Below are positions 1 through 10,193 of a stretch of DNA of 64,000 bases, piece by piece; within the stretch, counting starts at the first letter, position 1; each line of letters begins with the position of its first letter. Position numbers and translations under genes: made by a program. Below the pieces are notes generated by a model that was given only the letters and a program-made list of their open reading frames with translations, had not been told where the DNA came from and ran no database searches. Source of the stretch: Promethearchaeota archaeon (GTDB lineage Archaea; Asgardarchaeota; Lokiarchaeia; Sigyniarchaeales; SOKP01). The DNA is taken from contig JBHLON010000002.1 in the NCBI GenBank assembly GCA_048940445.1, positions 118,149-182,148 of the forward strand, in the 5' to 3' direction.

Positions 1-55
1 CTTTTCGTTCTCCTTTGGTCGGTTTTAATGTTTTTTGTTCATCTATTTCTGTCAT
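1..55 (-). CDS. 5' end of a gene running off the window (MTEIDEQKTLKPTKGERK...)
   Basis: ATG at 55-53, frame open to the window edge, AT-rich upstream region. Confidence 0.5.
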   Translation of the reverse strand, partial: MTEIDEQKTLKPTKGERK

Positions 56-204
56 GATAATATGCCTATTTAATCAATAATCTTAAAAATTTCTCTAAAT
101 CTCTTTAAAGATATTTAACTACAAGTTTGATAATAAAATAAATTTATTAACTTTTTTTATAAAATTAGCTCTAAATTAATTTTTTTTTCTAAAGAGTGTT
201 TGTT

Positions 205-1341
205 TTATGAAATTTTATACGCTTCATTTATAGCTGAACATCCCCCGCATTTTACACAACCAGCTTTATTCTCTAACGGATTAACACCATATTCTTTCAT
301 TAATTTAGCAGCTTTCTTGTAAATCTTGACTAAAATTAAATGATCAGTGAGCGGCAATCTTCTACCTCCTGGAATGGATCTTACGGGTGTAATAAGTGGT
401 ATAATTCCTATTGAAATAATCTCTTCTAACCCTCTTATTAATTTATTATAATCTTCTCCGAATCCAGTTAAAATAAATGTCTCAACTTGGTTATTTCCAA
501 AAATTTGATGTGCATATTCCCAATTTTTCTTAAAAACCTTATATGGAATACGATATTTACCAGGAGTTATTTTCTTTCTAATATCTTCATCAAGTACTTC
601 TAAATGGATCCCTATTGTATCCGCTCCCGCTTCTTTTAGCTGTTTAATATACGTTGAATCTTCTATTGGTTCGATTTGAACATGGAGCGGAAGTTTTGGA
701 TAATTTTTCTTAATCTCTTGCAATAATTTAATATAACGATTAGCACCTTTATCTTCAGTTTCATCTGTACCACTTGTTAAAGTCATATGAGTACATCTTC
801 CCTCTTTCTGAGCAGCTTTTATGACCTCAATCATTTGCTGAGGATTTTTTTCCAGAATTGTAGCATTTGAATGTAAACTTACTTCAATACCACAAAATGC
901 ACAACCTTCTCCACAAGCCCAATATATGCATCTTTGATATATTGTACTGGCTAAACAATCTAATCCATGGACTAACGCTATCTTTTTCATTGGGATTCCA
1001 TCAGATGTAACATATTCCGGATTGTAATATTTTGGATTAGGAACTAATCTCATTTTACTAAAAGAATTATTTGTTTTAGTATCGAAAATTTCAAAATACC
1101 CCTCATCATATTCTCCCAATAATAAATTAGTCCTACTTTTATTATCCCAAAGAGCGACATTTACTAAAACTCCATTTTCAAATAAGAAATAACGCCCCCC
1201 AGATGGACCCGCTCCTCCTTTTCGACCAAAATCGATTTCGATCCCTTGTTCTTGATACTCTCGAATTCGACTTTTATCAAGATACAATCCCTTACATAAT
1301 AACTCCGTTTTTTTTACAAACGCAGAATAATCATCAATCAT
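205..1341 (-). CDS. Radical SAM protein, MSMEG_0568-like family
   Basis: CIYWACGEGCAFC (Cx8Cx2C-type) motif, LVHGLDCLASTI, C-terminal AGCVKCGGCS. Confidence 0.8.
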   Translation of the reverse strand: MIDDYSAFVKKTELLCKGLYLDKSRIREYQEQGIEIDFGRKGGAGPSGGRYFLFENGVLVNVALWDNKSRTNLLLGEYDEGYFEIFDTKTNNSFSKMRLVPNPKYYNPEYVTSDGIPMKKIALVHGLDCLASTIYQRCIYWACGEGCAFCGIEVSLHSNATILEKNPQQMIEVIKAAQKEGRCTHMTLTSGTDETEDKGANRYIKLLQEIKKNYPKLPLHVQIEPIEDSTYIKQLKEAGADTIGIHLEVLDEDIRKKITPGKYRIPYKVFKKNWEYAHQIFGNNQVETFILTGFGEDYNKLIRGLEEIISIGIIPLITPVRSIPGGRRLPLTDHLILVKIYKKAAKLMKEYGVNPLENKAGCVKCGGCSAINEAYKIS

Positions 1342-1518
1342 ACCATTGAAATTAGGTGATTAGAATCCTAATTTAATAAAATTTTTTAATTAGCCTTCAT
1401 GAAATTTATTTATTACAAGGATTATAAGGATAATTCTTATTAATTGTAAAATTTATACTTTTAAAAGTTATATTAAAATTAAAAGCAAATTTTAAAAAAA
1501 TTATCAGGTGTATTTAAT

Positions 1519-2145
1519 TTGGCACATAAGAGACCTTGGCGTTGTTATTCTAAGTGGACAAGACGCCCATTTCAACATAAGCGAAGTAAAAATCACCGAA
1601 GGGAATATGCACGTGGAGGAAGCCAATCAAAAATCGTTAGATTTTGGGGAGGCAACAAAGATATTGATTGGAAGGATTGGGAGCTAGTAGTTGGATTAAA
1701 ATGTGACGCTCAAGTACAGATTTCCTCAAATGCACTTGAAGCGATTAGAGTAACCATTAATGGTGCCTTACAAAAATTTTTAGGGAGAACGAATTATAGA
1801 CTTCGAATGCGTCCTAAGCCTTTTCAGAAATATCGTGAAAACCGTATGTTGGCATTCGCAGGGGCGGATCGCGTTCAATCAGGCATGAGAAACAGCTTTG
1901 GACGTTCTACAGGCGTATGTGCGCGAATTCGGGCCGGTTCTGTGATTTGCGATGTTGGTACTCATTTAAGAAACCTCCCTTTAATCCGAGAACGATTAAG
2001 AATCGCAAGTATGAAAGTACCTTGTTCCTGTTCGATAGTGATTTTGAGCTATAAGGCTCCAGAATTTTTCAAAAAAGCTGGGTTACCTCTATACGATGAT
2101 AAGAATCGAAAAGAAGTTCCTCTCTATGAACTTGCTTTTACATAA
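1519..2145 (+). CDS. rpl10e: 50S ribosomal protein uL16 (L10e)
   Basis: RPWRCY, QISSNALEAIR, RENRMLAFAGADRVQSGMRNSFG; TTG start after an AGGTG SD-like motif. Confidence 0.95.
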   Translation: MAHKRPWRCYSKWTRRPFQHKRSKNHRREYARGGSQSKIVRFWGGNKDIDWKDWELVVGLKCDAQVQISSNALEAIRVTINGALQKFLGRTNYRLRMRPKPFQKYRENRMLAFAGADRVQSGMRNSFGRSTGVCARIRAGSVICDVGTHLRNLPLIRERLRIASMKVPCSCSIVILSYKAPEFFKKAGLPLYDDKNRKEVPLYELAFT

Positions 2146-2287
2146 ATTGAATTAAATTATTTGAAATTTACTTTACACAATTTCTTTTAATAAGAATTAT
2201 TAATAGAAGTTAAACGACAACTTTTTAATAATTTAAGTTCTCTAATATTATAACTTAAAATAAGTAATTGTAGTTTACCAGTAGAAC

Positions 2288-3637
2288 TTGAAAAATCTTG
2301 TACCTTTTTTCAATCCTAAAAGTGTGTTAATCATTGGGGTTTCCAGAAAGGCTCTTTCTTTCAGTTATACGGTCTTAAAAAATTTACTAGAAATCTTTTA
2401 TCAAGGAAAGCTTTACATATTAAACCCAAACGCAAGTGAAATTTTGGGACTTCAGGCATATCATTCATTTGAAGAACTTCCAGAAGTACCTGAACTAGCA
2501 GTGATTGTTTTAGGTAAAAATATTTTAGAGATTGTTGAAAAGTTAGGTAAAATGGGAGTAAAATATGTTGCTATTCAAACTGAATTAAAACCCGGCACAA
2601 ATATCTCTGATATAACTCTAAAATTGCATGAGATTTGTGAAAAATATAATATTACTTATTTAGGGCCTTCTATGTTAGGAGTCATTAATTTTATTGATAA
2701 TTTTACGACTTCTATTATTCCAGTTAGACAACATATTATGCGGGAGAATAAGAATGTTAAAGAAGGATTAAGTTTTATTGCTCAAAGTGGAGGTCTAGCA
2801 GGAGCAATGGGTTGGTGGACACCATCCCAAAAGTTACCAATTTCGAAAGTCATTCATTTGGGAAAAGGGTTTCATATTGATGAGGCAGATATTCTTGACT
2901 TTTTCTTAAATGACAGAACAACCAAGGTAATTTCCTTATTCCTTAGAGAAATAAAAGAGGAATTAATTGAAGCAGTAAGACGAGTGTCTGGTTTTAAACC
3001 GGTACTCTTTTTTCATGTAGGTAAAGACGAAGAAAAAGTAATTAAGATGAAACAAGCTGGAGGAATTGAAGTAATTAATTATATAGAACTTTTTGAGATT
3101 GCTAAAATATTTTTATGGTGTCCTGAACCAAAAGGTCCAAGATTAGGGCTTATTGGGCCCTCCTCGGGAGCAATACATTTGATAGTTAGAGAGATGAGAA
3201 AACAAAACCTATCTTTAGCTCAACCTAGTGAAGAATCCAGGAAAGTAATATTAGATAAAGTGGGAGGTTCAACTTGTGCTTTTGGTAATCCTGTTGATTT
3301 TTGGCCCCCTGAAAAGTTTATTGGTATAAAAATATGTGGGATTTACAATACAGCTTCACAAGCATTATTAGAAGATTCTGCGGTCAATGGTTTAATTTTA
3401 GCTTTAGAATTTTTTATTGAAATAGAATTTGATATTGGGATATATTCTTCATTAAAATCTAAATTTCCAGATAAACCAATCATAATTATTCTTATTCAGG
3501 CAGAGCATGAAGGAGCAAAGCGTTTAATAAAGACTGCAAATGAATTAAAGATTCCAGTCTTCGAAAATGAAATAGAACGAGCAGTAAGGGGATATAAACT
3601 TCTTTATGATTGGCATTCGAAAATAAAAAAGAAATAG
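2288..3637 (+). CDS. ADP-forming acyl-CoA synthetase alpha-subunit-like CoA-binding protein lacking the phospho-His loop
   Basis: FFNPKSVLIIG, LGPSMLG, FIAQSGG, NPVD; no SHTG motif. Confidence 0.8.
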   Translation: MKNLVPFFNPKSVLIIGVSRKALSFSYTVLKNLLEIFYQGKLYILNPNASEILGLQAYHSFEELPEVPELAVIVLGKNILEIVEKLGKMGVKYVAIQTELKPGTNISDITLKLHEICEKYNITYLGPSMLGVINFIDNFTTSIIPVRQHIMRENKNVKEGLSFIAQSGGLAGAMGWWTPSQKLPISKVIHLGKGFHIDEADILDFFLNDRTTKVISLFLREIKEELIEAVRRVSGFKPVLFFHVGKDEEKVIKMKQAGGIEVINYIELFEIAKIFLWCPEPKGPRLGLIGPSSGAIHLIVREMRKQNLSLAQPSEESRKVILDKVGGSTCAFGNPVDFWPPEKFIGIKICGIYNTASQALLEDSAVNGLILALEFFIEIEFDIGIYSSLKSKFPDKPIIIILIQAEHEGAKRLIKTANELKIPVFENEIERAVRGYKLLYDWHSKIKKK

Positions 3638-3639
3638 TT

Positions 3640-4893
3640 TTAGCTAAAAAATATATCTTTTAATTCATTGGGTACTTCAGTATCTTCATCCATTAGAGAG
3701 ACGGCGTAAACAGTTTCTCCACATTTACATTCTGTTCCTTCAAATAAGTAATACTTAAATTCGTTTTTCCAGTTACAGATTTGCACGCTTCTAATATATG
3801 TTAATTCCCCACATAAACAATAGATTCCTTTATCTTTAGAGTAGTCTGGGATTATCTCATTAAAAGGGCGATGCGCTTCTGAAAATTCAGAATCATTTAA
3901 CATTTGATTTATCTCATTCGCAAGTATATCTCTTAAAGTAGGAATAAAACTAGTTATAACTCCATCCTTGGCTTTAACTTCGGTTAGTACTATAAAGTTT
4001 TTCTCTGCTTTTTGTTGGGGGAGTATAGGTTGCTCATATTGTTGTAGTCTTTCTGGGATCTGAAATGGGGCCATCCCTTCTGGATATTCAAATGAAAAAT
4101 AAAATTGAGTAACTCCTCTGAAAGTTCGTTGATTAATAAGGCTCAAATTTTCATAATCTCTACTATATAGTCCAAATTTTATCAATTGTAGTGGAACTTT
4201 TAATTCCAGAAGCTTAGCTCTAATGTTATTTAAAATTTCATTTACAAAACTCTTTAAAATCATAATGTCATTCCGATTTTGAGTAAAAATCTCATTTTTA
4301 TTTTCTTCTTTAAATCTCAACCATTTTTTTAAATAAGAACTCCTAACAAACTGAGGTACTATACAAAAAATGCATAATATAGGAAATAAAAATAGATAAA
4401 AATCTCCTATATTTGGGATAAACATTAGTACTGTAATTGCAGCAAGGAGAGGTAACGTTAAAATTAAATTAATATTCCTTAATCGCTTGTCTACTGAGTT
4501 CTTTATTCCTTTATTAAAAGCAGTTTCCTCAGCTTTAGCTTTGAGTCTATAAATAGTTTCTAATATCTTATTATGATCATAACTTAACTTTAATAATTTA
4601 TCTTCTTCAGTTCCTTGTTCTGATTTATCTATTTTGTTAGTTAATCTTTTAACGTATTGTTCGAGATTACGATCTTTATATATGAAGTCTAAGGTTTCTT
4701 CAACAAAATAATCAAGAAATCTAGCAATAAATAATTTGTCCTCAATATCTTGAATGTCTTCTGGCTTCAATCCTAATTCTTCTTGAATCATTTGACCCTG
4801 GGTTTTTTTCGATGACTTTTTCCATCTTGATTTTTTTTCTTTTTTTTCAGAAGTATCTTTTTCTCTACTTTCATTCATTTCGGTTTCATTCAT
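3640..4893 (-). CDS. Hypothetical membrane protein (2 TM) with Cys-rich C-terminus
   Basis: 417-aa ORF, two adjacent hydrophobic helices, CLCG...CKCG. Confidence 0.75.
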   Translation of the reverse strand: MNETEMNESREKDTSEKKEKKSRWKKSSKKTQGQMIQEELGLKPEDIQDIEDKLFIARFLDYFVEETLDFIYKDRNLEQYVKRLTNKIDKSEQGTEEDKLLKLSYDHNKILETIYRLKAKAEETAFNKGIKNSVDKRLRNINLILTLPLLAAITVLMFIPNIGDFYLFLFPILCIFCIVPQFVRSSYLKKWLRFKEENKNEIFTQNRNDIMILKSFVNEILNNIRAKLLELKVPLQLIKFGLYSRDYENLSLINQRTFRGVTQFYFSFEYPEGMAPFQIPERLQQYEQPILPQQKAEKNFIVLTEVKAKDGVITSFIPTLRDILANEINQMLNDSEFSEAHRPFNEIIPDYSKDKGIYCLCGELTYIRSVQICNWKNEFKYYLFEGTECKCGETVYAVSLMDEDTEVPNELKDIFFS

Positions 4894-5039
4894 AATTCTT
4901 AAAAAAGCATATCTAACCTAATAATTAGTTAATAATGGTTGTAAAATAATTAACTTTATGAATTTTTTGTTGAAGAATAATAATTTTGTCTTTTTCTCAA
5001 AATTAAAAGTTTAAATAATTCTTGAATAGTGTAATAATT

Positions 5040-5882
5040 GTGAGCAAAACGATAAATTTGACTACAAAGATTTTATTAAAAGATTTAAAGTTTCCAGAAG
5101 CATTAAGATGGTATGATAACAAATTATGGTTTTCTGATATGGAAACTCGTAAAATAACTTCTGTTGATATGAAAGGAACAGCAAAGTCCATAATTGAAAT
5201 ACCTAATCGACCATCTGGCTTAGGATGGCTACCTGATGGAAGCCTTCTAGTGGTTTCTATGGAAGACCGTAAATTACTTCAGCTTGAATCAGGGATTATT
5301 AAAGAATTTATGGATTTAAGTGGATTTGCAACTTATCCTTTAAACGATATGGTGGTTAATGAACAAGGATATGCATATATTGGACATTTTGGGTTTGATT
5401 ATATTAACAACCAACCTTTTGTACCTGCTACGATTATAATGGTTACTTCTGAAAGAAAGACTAAGATTGTGGCTAAAAATATGTCATTTCCAAACGGTAT
5501 GGTTATTACTCCTGATGGTAAAACACTTATTGTGGCAGAGACTCTTTCAGCTCGATTAACAGCCTTTGACATCAGAAATGACGGAACTCTTAATAATCGG
5601 CGATTATGGGCGAATCTAAAATCAATACCCCCCGATGGAATCTGTCTTGATGAGAAAGGAGCTGTTTGGGTTGCTGCACCAGGGAAACATAAAGCAGTAC
5701 GTGTTCTTGAAGGAGGAGAGATAACTCATGCCGTAAATGTAAAGAATGATGCCTATGCTTGCATGCTAGGAGGACCAAATCTGACAACTTTATTCATTGC
5801 AACATCAAGAAGTCATCAGATAAGAGAAAAAGGTCAGATCGAATATGTAGAAGTTGAGGTGCCAAAGGCAGGTTTTCCATAA
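5040..5882 (+). CDS. SMP-30/gluconolactonase/LRE family protein, copy 1
   Basis: FPEALRW, LWFSD, NDMVV, FPNGM, PDGICLD; GTG 5040 chosen because it aligns with the ATG of the adjacent paralog. Confidence 0.9.
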   Translation: MSKTINLTTKILLKDLKFPEALRWYDNKLWFSDMETRKITSVDMKGTAKSIIEIPNRPSGLGWLPDGSLLVVSMEDRKLLQLESGIIKEFMDLSGFATYPLNDMVVNEQGYAYIGHFGFDYINNQPFVPATIIMVTSERKTKIVAKNMSFPNGMVITPDGKTLIVAETLSARLTAFDIRNDGTLNNRRLWANLKSIPPDGICLDEKGAVWVAAPGKHKAVRVLEGGEITHAVNVKNDAYACMLGGPNLTTLFIATSRSHQIREKGQIEYVEVEVPKAGFP

Positions 5883-6090
5883 AATCAGTTTTGCTTAAAT
5901 GCTTATAATAAATGTTAAGTTTTTAAATCTCTATTTTAATCGGCTTTTTCTTTTTCAGTTATTCCTTTTTTCTCTCAGGCTTATCTTTTTTAAGTTGTGT
6001 TCATAACTTTATGAATCTTTTTATTGAAAATTAATAAATTTACATTTTATAGTTGAAAACTATTTATAATTTTTATATAAAATATCAATT

Positions 6091-6927
6091 ATGAGTAAAA
6101 CTAAAAGGTTAACTACAAAAATCCTACTTACTGATTTAAAATTTCCAGAAGGACCAAGATGGCACGATGGCAAACTTTGGTTCTCTGATATGGAAGATTG
6201 CAAAGTAATAATTGTTGATATGAAAGGAAATAAACAAATAGCATTTGACGTGCCAAATAAACCATCTGGTTTAGGATGGTTGCCTGATGGAAGACTATTG
6301 GTGGCCTCTATGAAAGATCGTAAACTTTTCCGACAAAATTTAAAAGGACTAGAAGAAGTAGCTGATTTGAGCAAGTTAGCAACTTTTGATTTGAATGACA
6401 TGGTCGTAGATAAGCAAGGACGTGCTTATATTGGAAATTTTGGTTTTGATTATCTTAACCACCAACCTTATGTACCTGCTAATATTGTCATGGTATCTCC
6501 TGATGAAACTGTTAAGGTAGTGGCAGAAGATATGGCCTTCCCAAATGGCATGATTATCACCCCTGATGATAAGACTCTTATTGTAGCAGAAACTTTTTCA
6601 GCTAGACTAACAGCTTTTAATATCAGAAATGATGGAACTCTTAAGAATAGGCAAATATGGGCAAATCTGAAATCTATTCCACCTGATGGAATTTGTCTTG
6701 ATGAAGAAGGAGGAATTTGGGTTGCTGCTCCAGGACGGCATAGGACTGTAAGAGTTCTCGAAGGTGGAGAAATAACACATGTTGTAAAGGTGCAGAATGA
6801 TGCTTATGCCTGTATGTTAGGTGGACCAGATCTTACAACATTATTTATAGCAACTGCAGCTTATACCAGAGATAAAGGGCAGATTGAATATGTAGAAGTC
6901 AACGTACCAAAAGCTGGGCTTCCGTAA
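6091..6927 (+). CDS. SMP-30/gluconolactonase/LRE family protein, copy 2
   Basis: FPEGPRW, NDMVVD, FPNGM, PDGICLD; tandem paralog of 5040-5882. Confidence 0.92.
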   Translation: MSKTKRLTTKILLTDLKFPEGPRWHDGKLWFSDMEDCKVIIVDMKGNKQIAFDVPNKPSGLGWLPDGRLLVASMKDRKLFRQNLKGLEEVADLSKLATFDLNDMVVDKQGRAYIGNFGFDYLNHQPYVPANIVMVSPDETVKVVAEDMAFPNGMIITPDDKTLIVAETFSARLTAFNIRNDGTLKNRQIWANLKSIPPDGICLDEEGGIWVAAPGRHRTVRVLEGGEITHVVKVQNDAYACMLGGPDLTTLFIATAAYTRDKGQIEYVEVNVPKAGLP

Positions 6928-7078
6928 CTATTTCCAAAAGTGACTAATCATTTTAGATGGTTAAAAAATATGTAGATTGACATTTTTATCAAAATGTCTC
7001 TTTATCGCATAAATATAAAAACATAATTCAACATCTACTTATAAACTACTTAATTTATTTAAAAAAGTGTTAAGGGAT

Positions 7079-9499
7079 ATGAAATCAAAAAATAACAAGT
7101 TAGAATCATTAACATTTATTCTTTTTTTCATGATCTCGATGGCTTCTATGACTAATTTTATCTTCAATGTTAAAGCTAATTCATACATTCCAGAAGAAAA
7201 TGAATATAATGGCTGGTACTAGGCAATCAAAGAGGGAGACCAAATTTATTTTGAAACAGAGTTTATTGTGACTAATTATACCACATCCGAAGTAGAATTA
7301 ATGTTTAAAGATATATGGATTTATAATATTACGGCTATTGGGAATGTTACTATCGATTGGTTAGGAATAAACTCATTTTCTCAGGTAAATGCAACACAAT
7401 GCTATTATAATACCACATCAGGCGAGCTAGTAGCATATGATGCTCCATCAGAGTTTGCTCTATTTGGGTATAATAGTTCTGATCCAATAACATATCGATA
7501 TCGCGCAGGAAATATGGGTATACCTTTAGTATTGCCTCTGAATAGTTCAAGTGTAGAGGTTGATATTTTGGACGATATTATAAATGAAACTATGTATTAT
7601 CCAGCCTCTGAAATGGGCGTTTTTAATCAATTCGATTATTATGAATCTGATCCCGTTCAAAATAGGATTTCATTCTCTAATTCTACAGATGGCTATTTTT
7701 CAGAAGCATACTACTATGATAATGGGACTTTGAGAAGTGGAACCGCCTTTTTAATGGTTCAAATAGGCAGCGGTCCGATGTTAATAAATGCAAATTTTAG
7801 AAGAGTATTTGATTACAACATAACAGATCAAGTAGAATGGGGCGTTGATGTTGGTGATACTCTCTATTACGATTGGTATGAGGGTTATGATTGGGGCGGA
7901 GATGCGGATGATTATAGGATGAATATTGTGGATATTTCTGAAGAAATGCTTGAAAAATCTAAAAATACTTTTAGTGATAACCTAGTTTACATGACATACC
8001 AAGTAGTATATGCAGACATATATGCTTGGAATGGAGTCAGTTATGAACTTGTGGAATCTAATTATGAAATTGGATTTGCTAATAATTTCTATCCATTATA
8101 TTTTGATGAATTAAACTTTGAGGCTGGATTTTACGCATTTCTTTATCCTAATAATTTTGCCATGGAAGACTATGAATTTACGTTAAATAATCATACTCTA
8201 AATATATTTCAATTTGTTGTGGATGAGATCTCCTTTTCACAAAATACATTTTTTGAAACCCTTATTAGAAATTCTACAAGTAATGACTTCATAAAAATCA
8301 CTTTTGATAAATCGACGGGAATAATTCAATCGAACTTAATGATCTTTGATGATTATATATCGTTTATTGAAGTAAAACAACAAAGTCTAGTAGATTGGTC
8401 TGTTAATGTAGGGGATGTTTTATATTATAAACAAAATGGTGATTATGTAGCTGAACAGAGAATAAATATAACTGGTAGTTACACTTTATTCGTGAATATG
8501 AGTGAATATTATGACCAATTGAGTTCAATGGGAATCTCATTGACCTTTCCCTCTTCTCAACCGGAATTGCAATTCTTTTCGTATATTGAGGCTGATTTTG
8601 AAGAGTGGGATCCAATTGCAGAATCGTGGCATTATACTGGGAATGATCCTTTTGCTATTGCAAATATATATTGGCCAATTTCTCCAATTCAGTTCGAATT
8701 TGGTCCTCCCTTATTGATGCCTGAAAATACTGATAGCTCCGAACTTATGGAACTCTTTAGCGTATATGGTACTGTTTATGATGATATTACCTACGGTCAC
8801 GGATATGTTATCCTTAAAAATTCTACTTTAGATAGATCATTGAATTATTACTTTGATGAGGCTTCAGGAAGAGTTACTATGATGTATGGATGGATGACCT
8901 CACCAATTCCAGGAGAAGACTGGTCTTATATGTCAATTTATCCGATGTTTCATAGAGCTTGTCCAGTTGGTTCTAATTCATTTCAACCACAATCTGATTT
9001 CCCAATGAGCATATCAGTTGATATAGAATTTAATGTGAATGTATCTGGTTATGGTGTTGAATATATCTACTCCATGTTTCCTTATAACCCTACTAATGAT
9101 TCTTTACCTCAAGGAACTGCTTTAGCTTATTTTGATCAATTACTTATTAATTATACTTACATTGATGGCAATATTTCCATGACAATTACTCTTCCGTCTT
9201 CTATAGATCTCAATTCAGCAACGTTATATATTTTTGCGTGGAATATGAGTGGCACTGAAGATTGGGATACTCCCCCACCAGAATTCTATGATACTATTGT
9301 CTATGATTACATTGCGAATAGATTTACCATTCAAATTCCTCCTTGGGGAGCGTGGCCACTAATCTCCGCTATTTCATATAGTGGCGGTGAAGGAGGAGAA
9401 CTACCTGGAGAAATACCTGGATACAATCCTATTTTCCTTCTCATTGGAATAATAGGCATATCAACGATTTTCATGATAAAAAAAAAGAGAACTAAATAA
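7079..9499 (+). CDS. Secreted acidic surface (glyco)protein with Loki-CTERM-like sorting tail, interrupted by one in-frame TAG at 7220-7222
   Basis: ATG 7079 gives a signal-peptide-like MKSKNNKLESLTFILFFMISMASMTNFIFNVKA in frame with ORF 7268-9499; many N-x-S/T sites; repeated W-x-V-x-x-GD-x-L-Y-Y motif; C-terminal IPGY + TM + KKKRTK. Confidence 0.8.
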
Positions 9500-9684
9500 T
9501 TCTAAATTTTTTTATTTTTTTGTTTTAAAGCTTAATAATTTATTAAACTCATTTTAAACTATTTTGCCAAAAATAATAGAATTCATTAGTAATCCCATAT
9601 TTTATTAAGAAACGTTTTAAATAGTAATTCTTATTTAATATAATTAATATAACAAGAAAATTATTCATAAAGGAAGGAAGAAAA

Positions 9685-9912
9685 ATGGATAAAGAAAAAG
9701 TAAAGCAAGTTATTGAAAAAATTAGGCCTCAGTTGCAAGCTGATGGCGGAGATGTTGAAATCGTTGAAATTACTGACGACGGTATAGTTAAAGTACGATT
9801 ACAAGGAACATGTGCTGGCTGTCCATATAGTCAGCAAACACTTTCAATGGGAATCGAAAGAGCTGTGAAACAATTTGTTCCTGATGTAAAAGCTGTGCAG
9901 AATGTAATGTAA
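9685..9912 (+). CDS. NifU C-terminal/NfuA-type Fe-S carrier
   Basis: IRPQLQADGGDVE...LQGTCAGCPYS. Confidence 0.93.
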   Translation: MDKEKVKQVIEKIRPQLQADGGDVEIVEITDDGIVKVRLQGTCAGCPYSQQTLSMGIERAVKQFVPDVKAVQNVM

Positions 9913-10074
9913 ATCTCCTTAATTTTTTTAGTTTCATTAATTCCTAATCATTTTATGCCTGATAAATATTGGGAAATTTTTCGGGACGCTTAATTTATTT
10001 AAATTTTCCAAATTTGATGTTATATTTTTAAGCTCTATTATTTGAAAAACAGAAAAAATAAAAATTTAAGCTAC

Positions 10075-10091
10075 TTCGATATTGTATCGAA
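10075..10091. promoter_or_regulatory. Candidate operator TTCGATA-N3-TATCGAA upstream of the flavoprotein/ferredoxin/SCP2 operon
   Basis: Perfect 7-bp inverted repeat; extra half-site TATCGAA at 10124-10130. Confidence 0.35.
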
Positions 10092-10193
10092 TTTATCCTT
10101 TTCAGCAAGCAAAACTTATAAAATATCGAAAATTAGAAGCTTTAAGTCTTCAATAAATTAATAAAGAAATAGGAAAAAAAAGAGAAATAGCCG

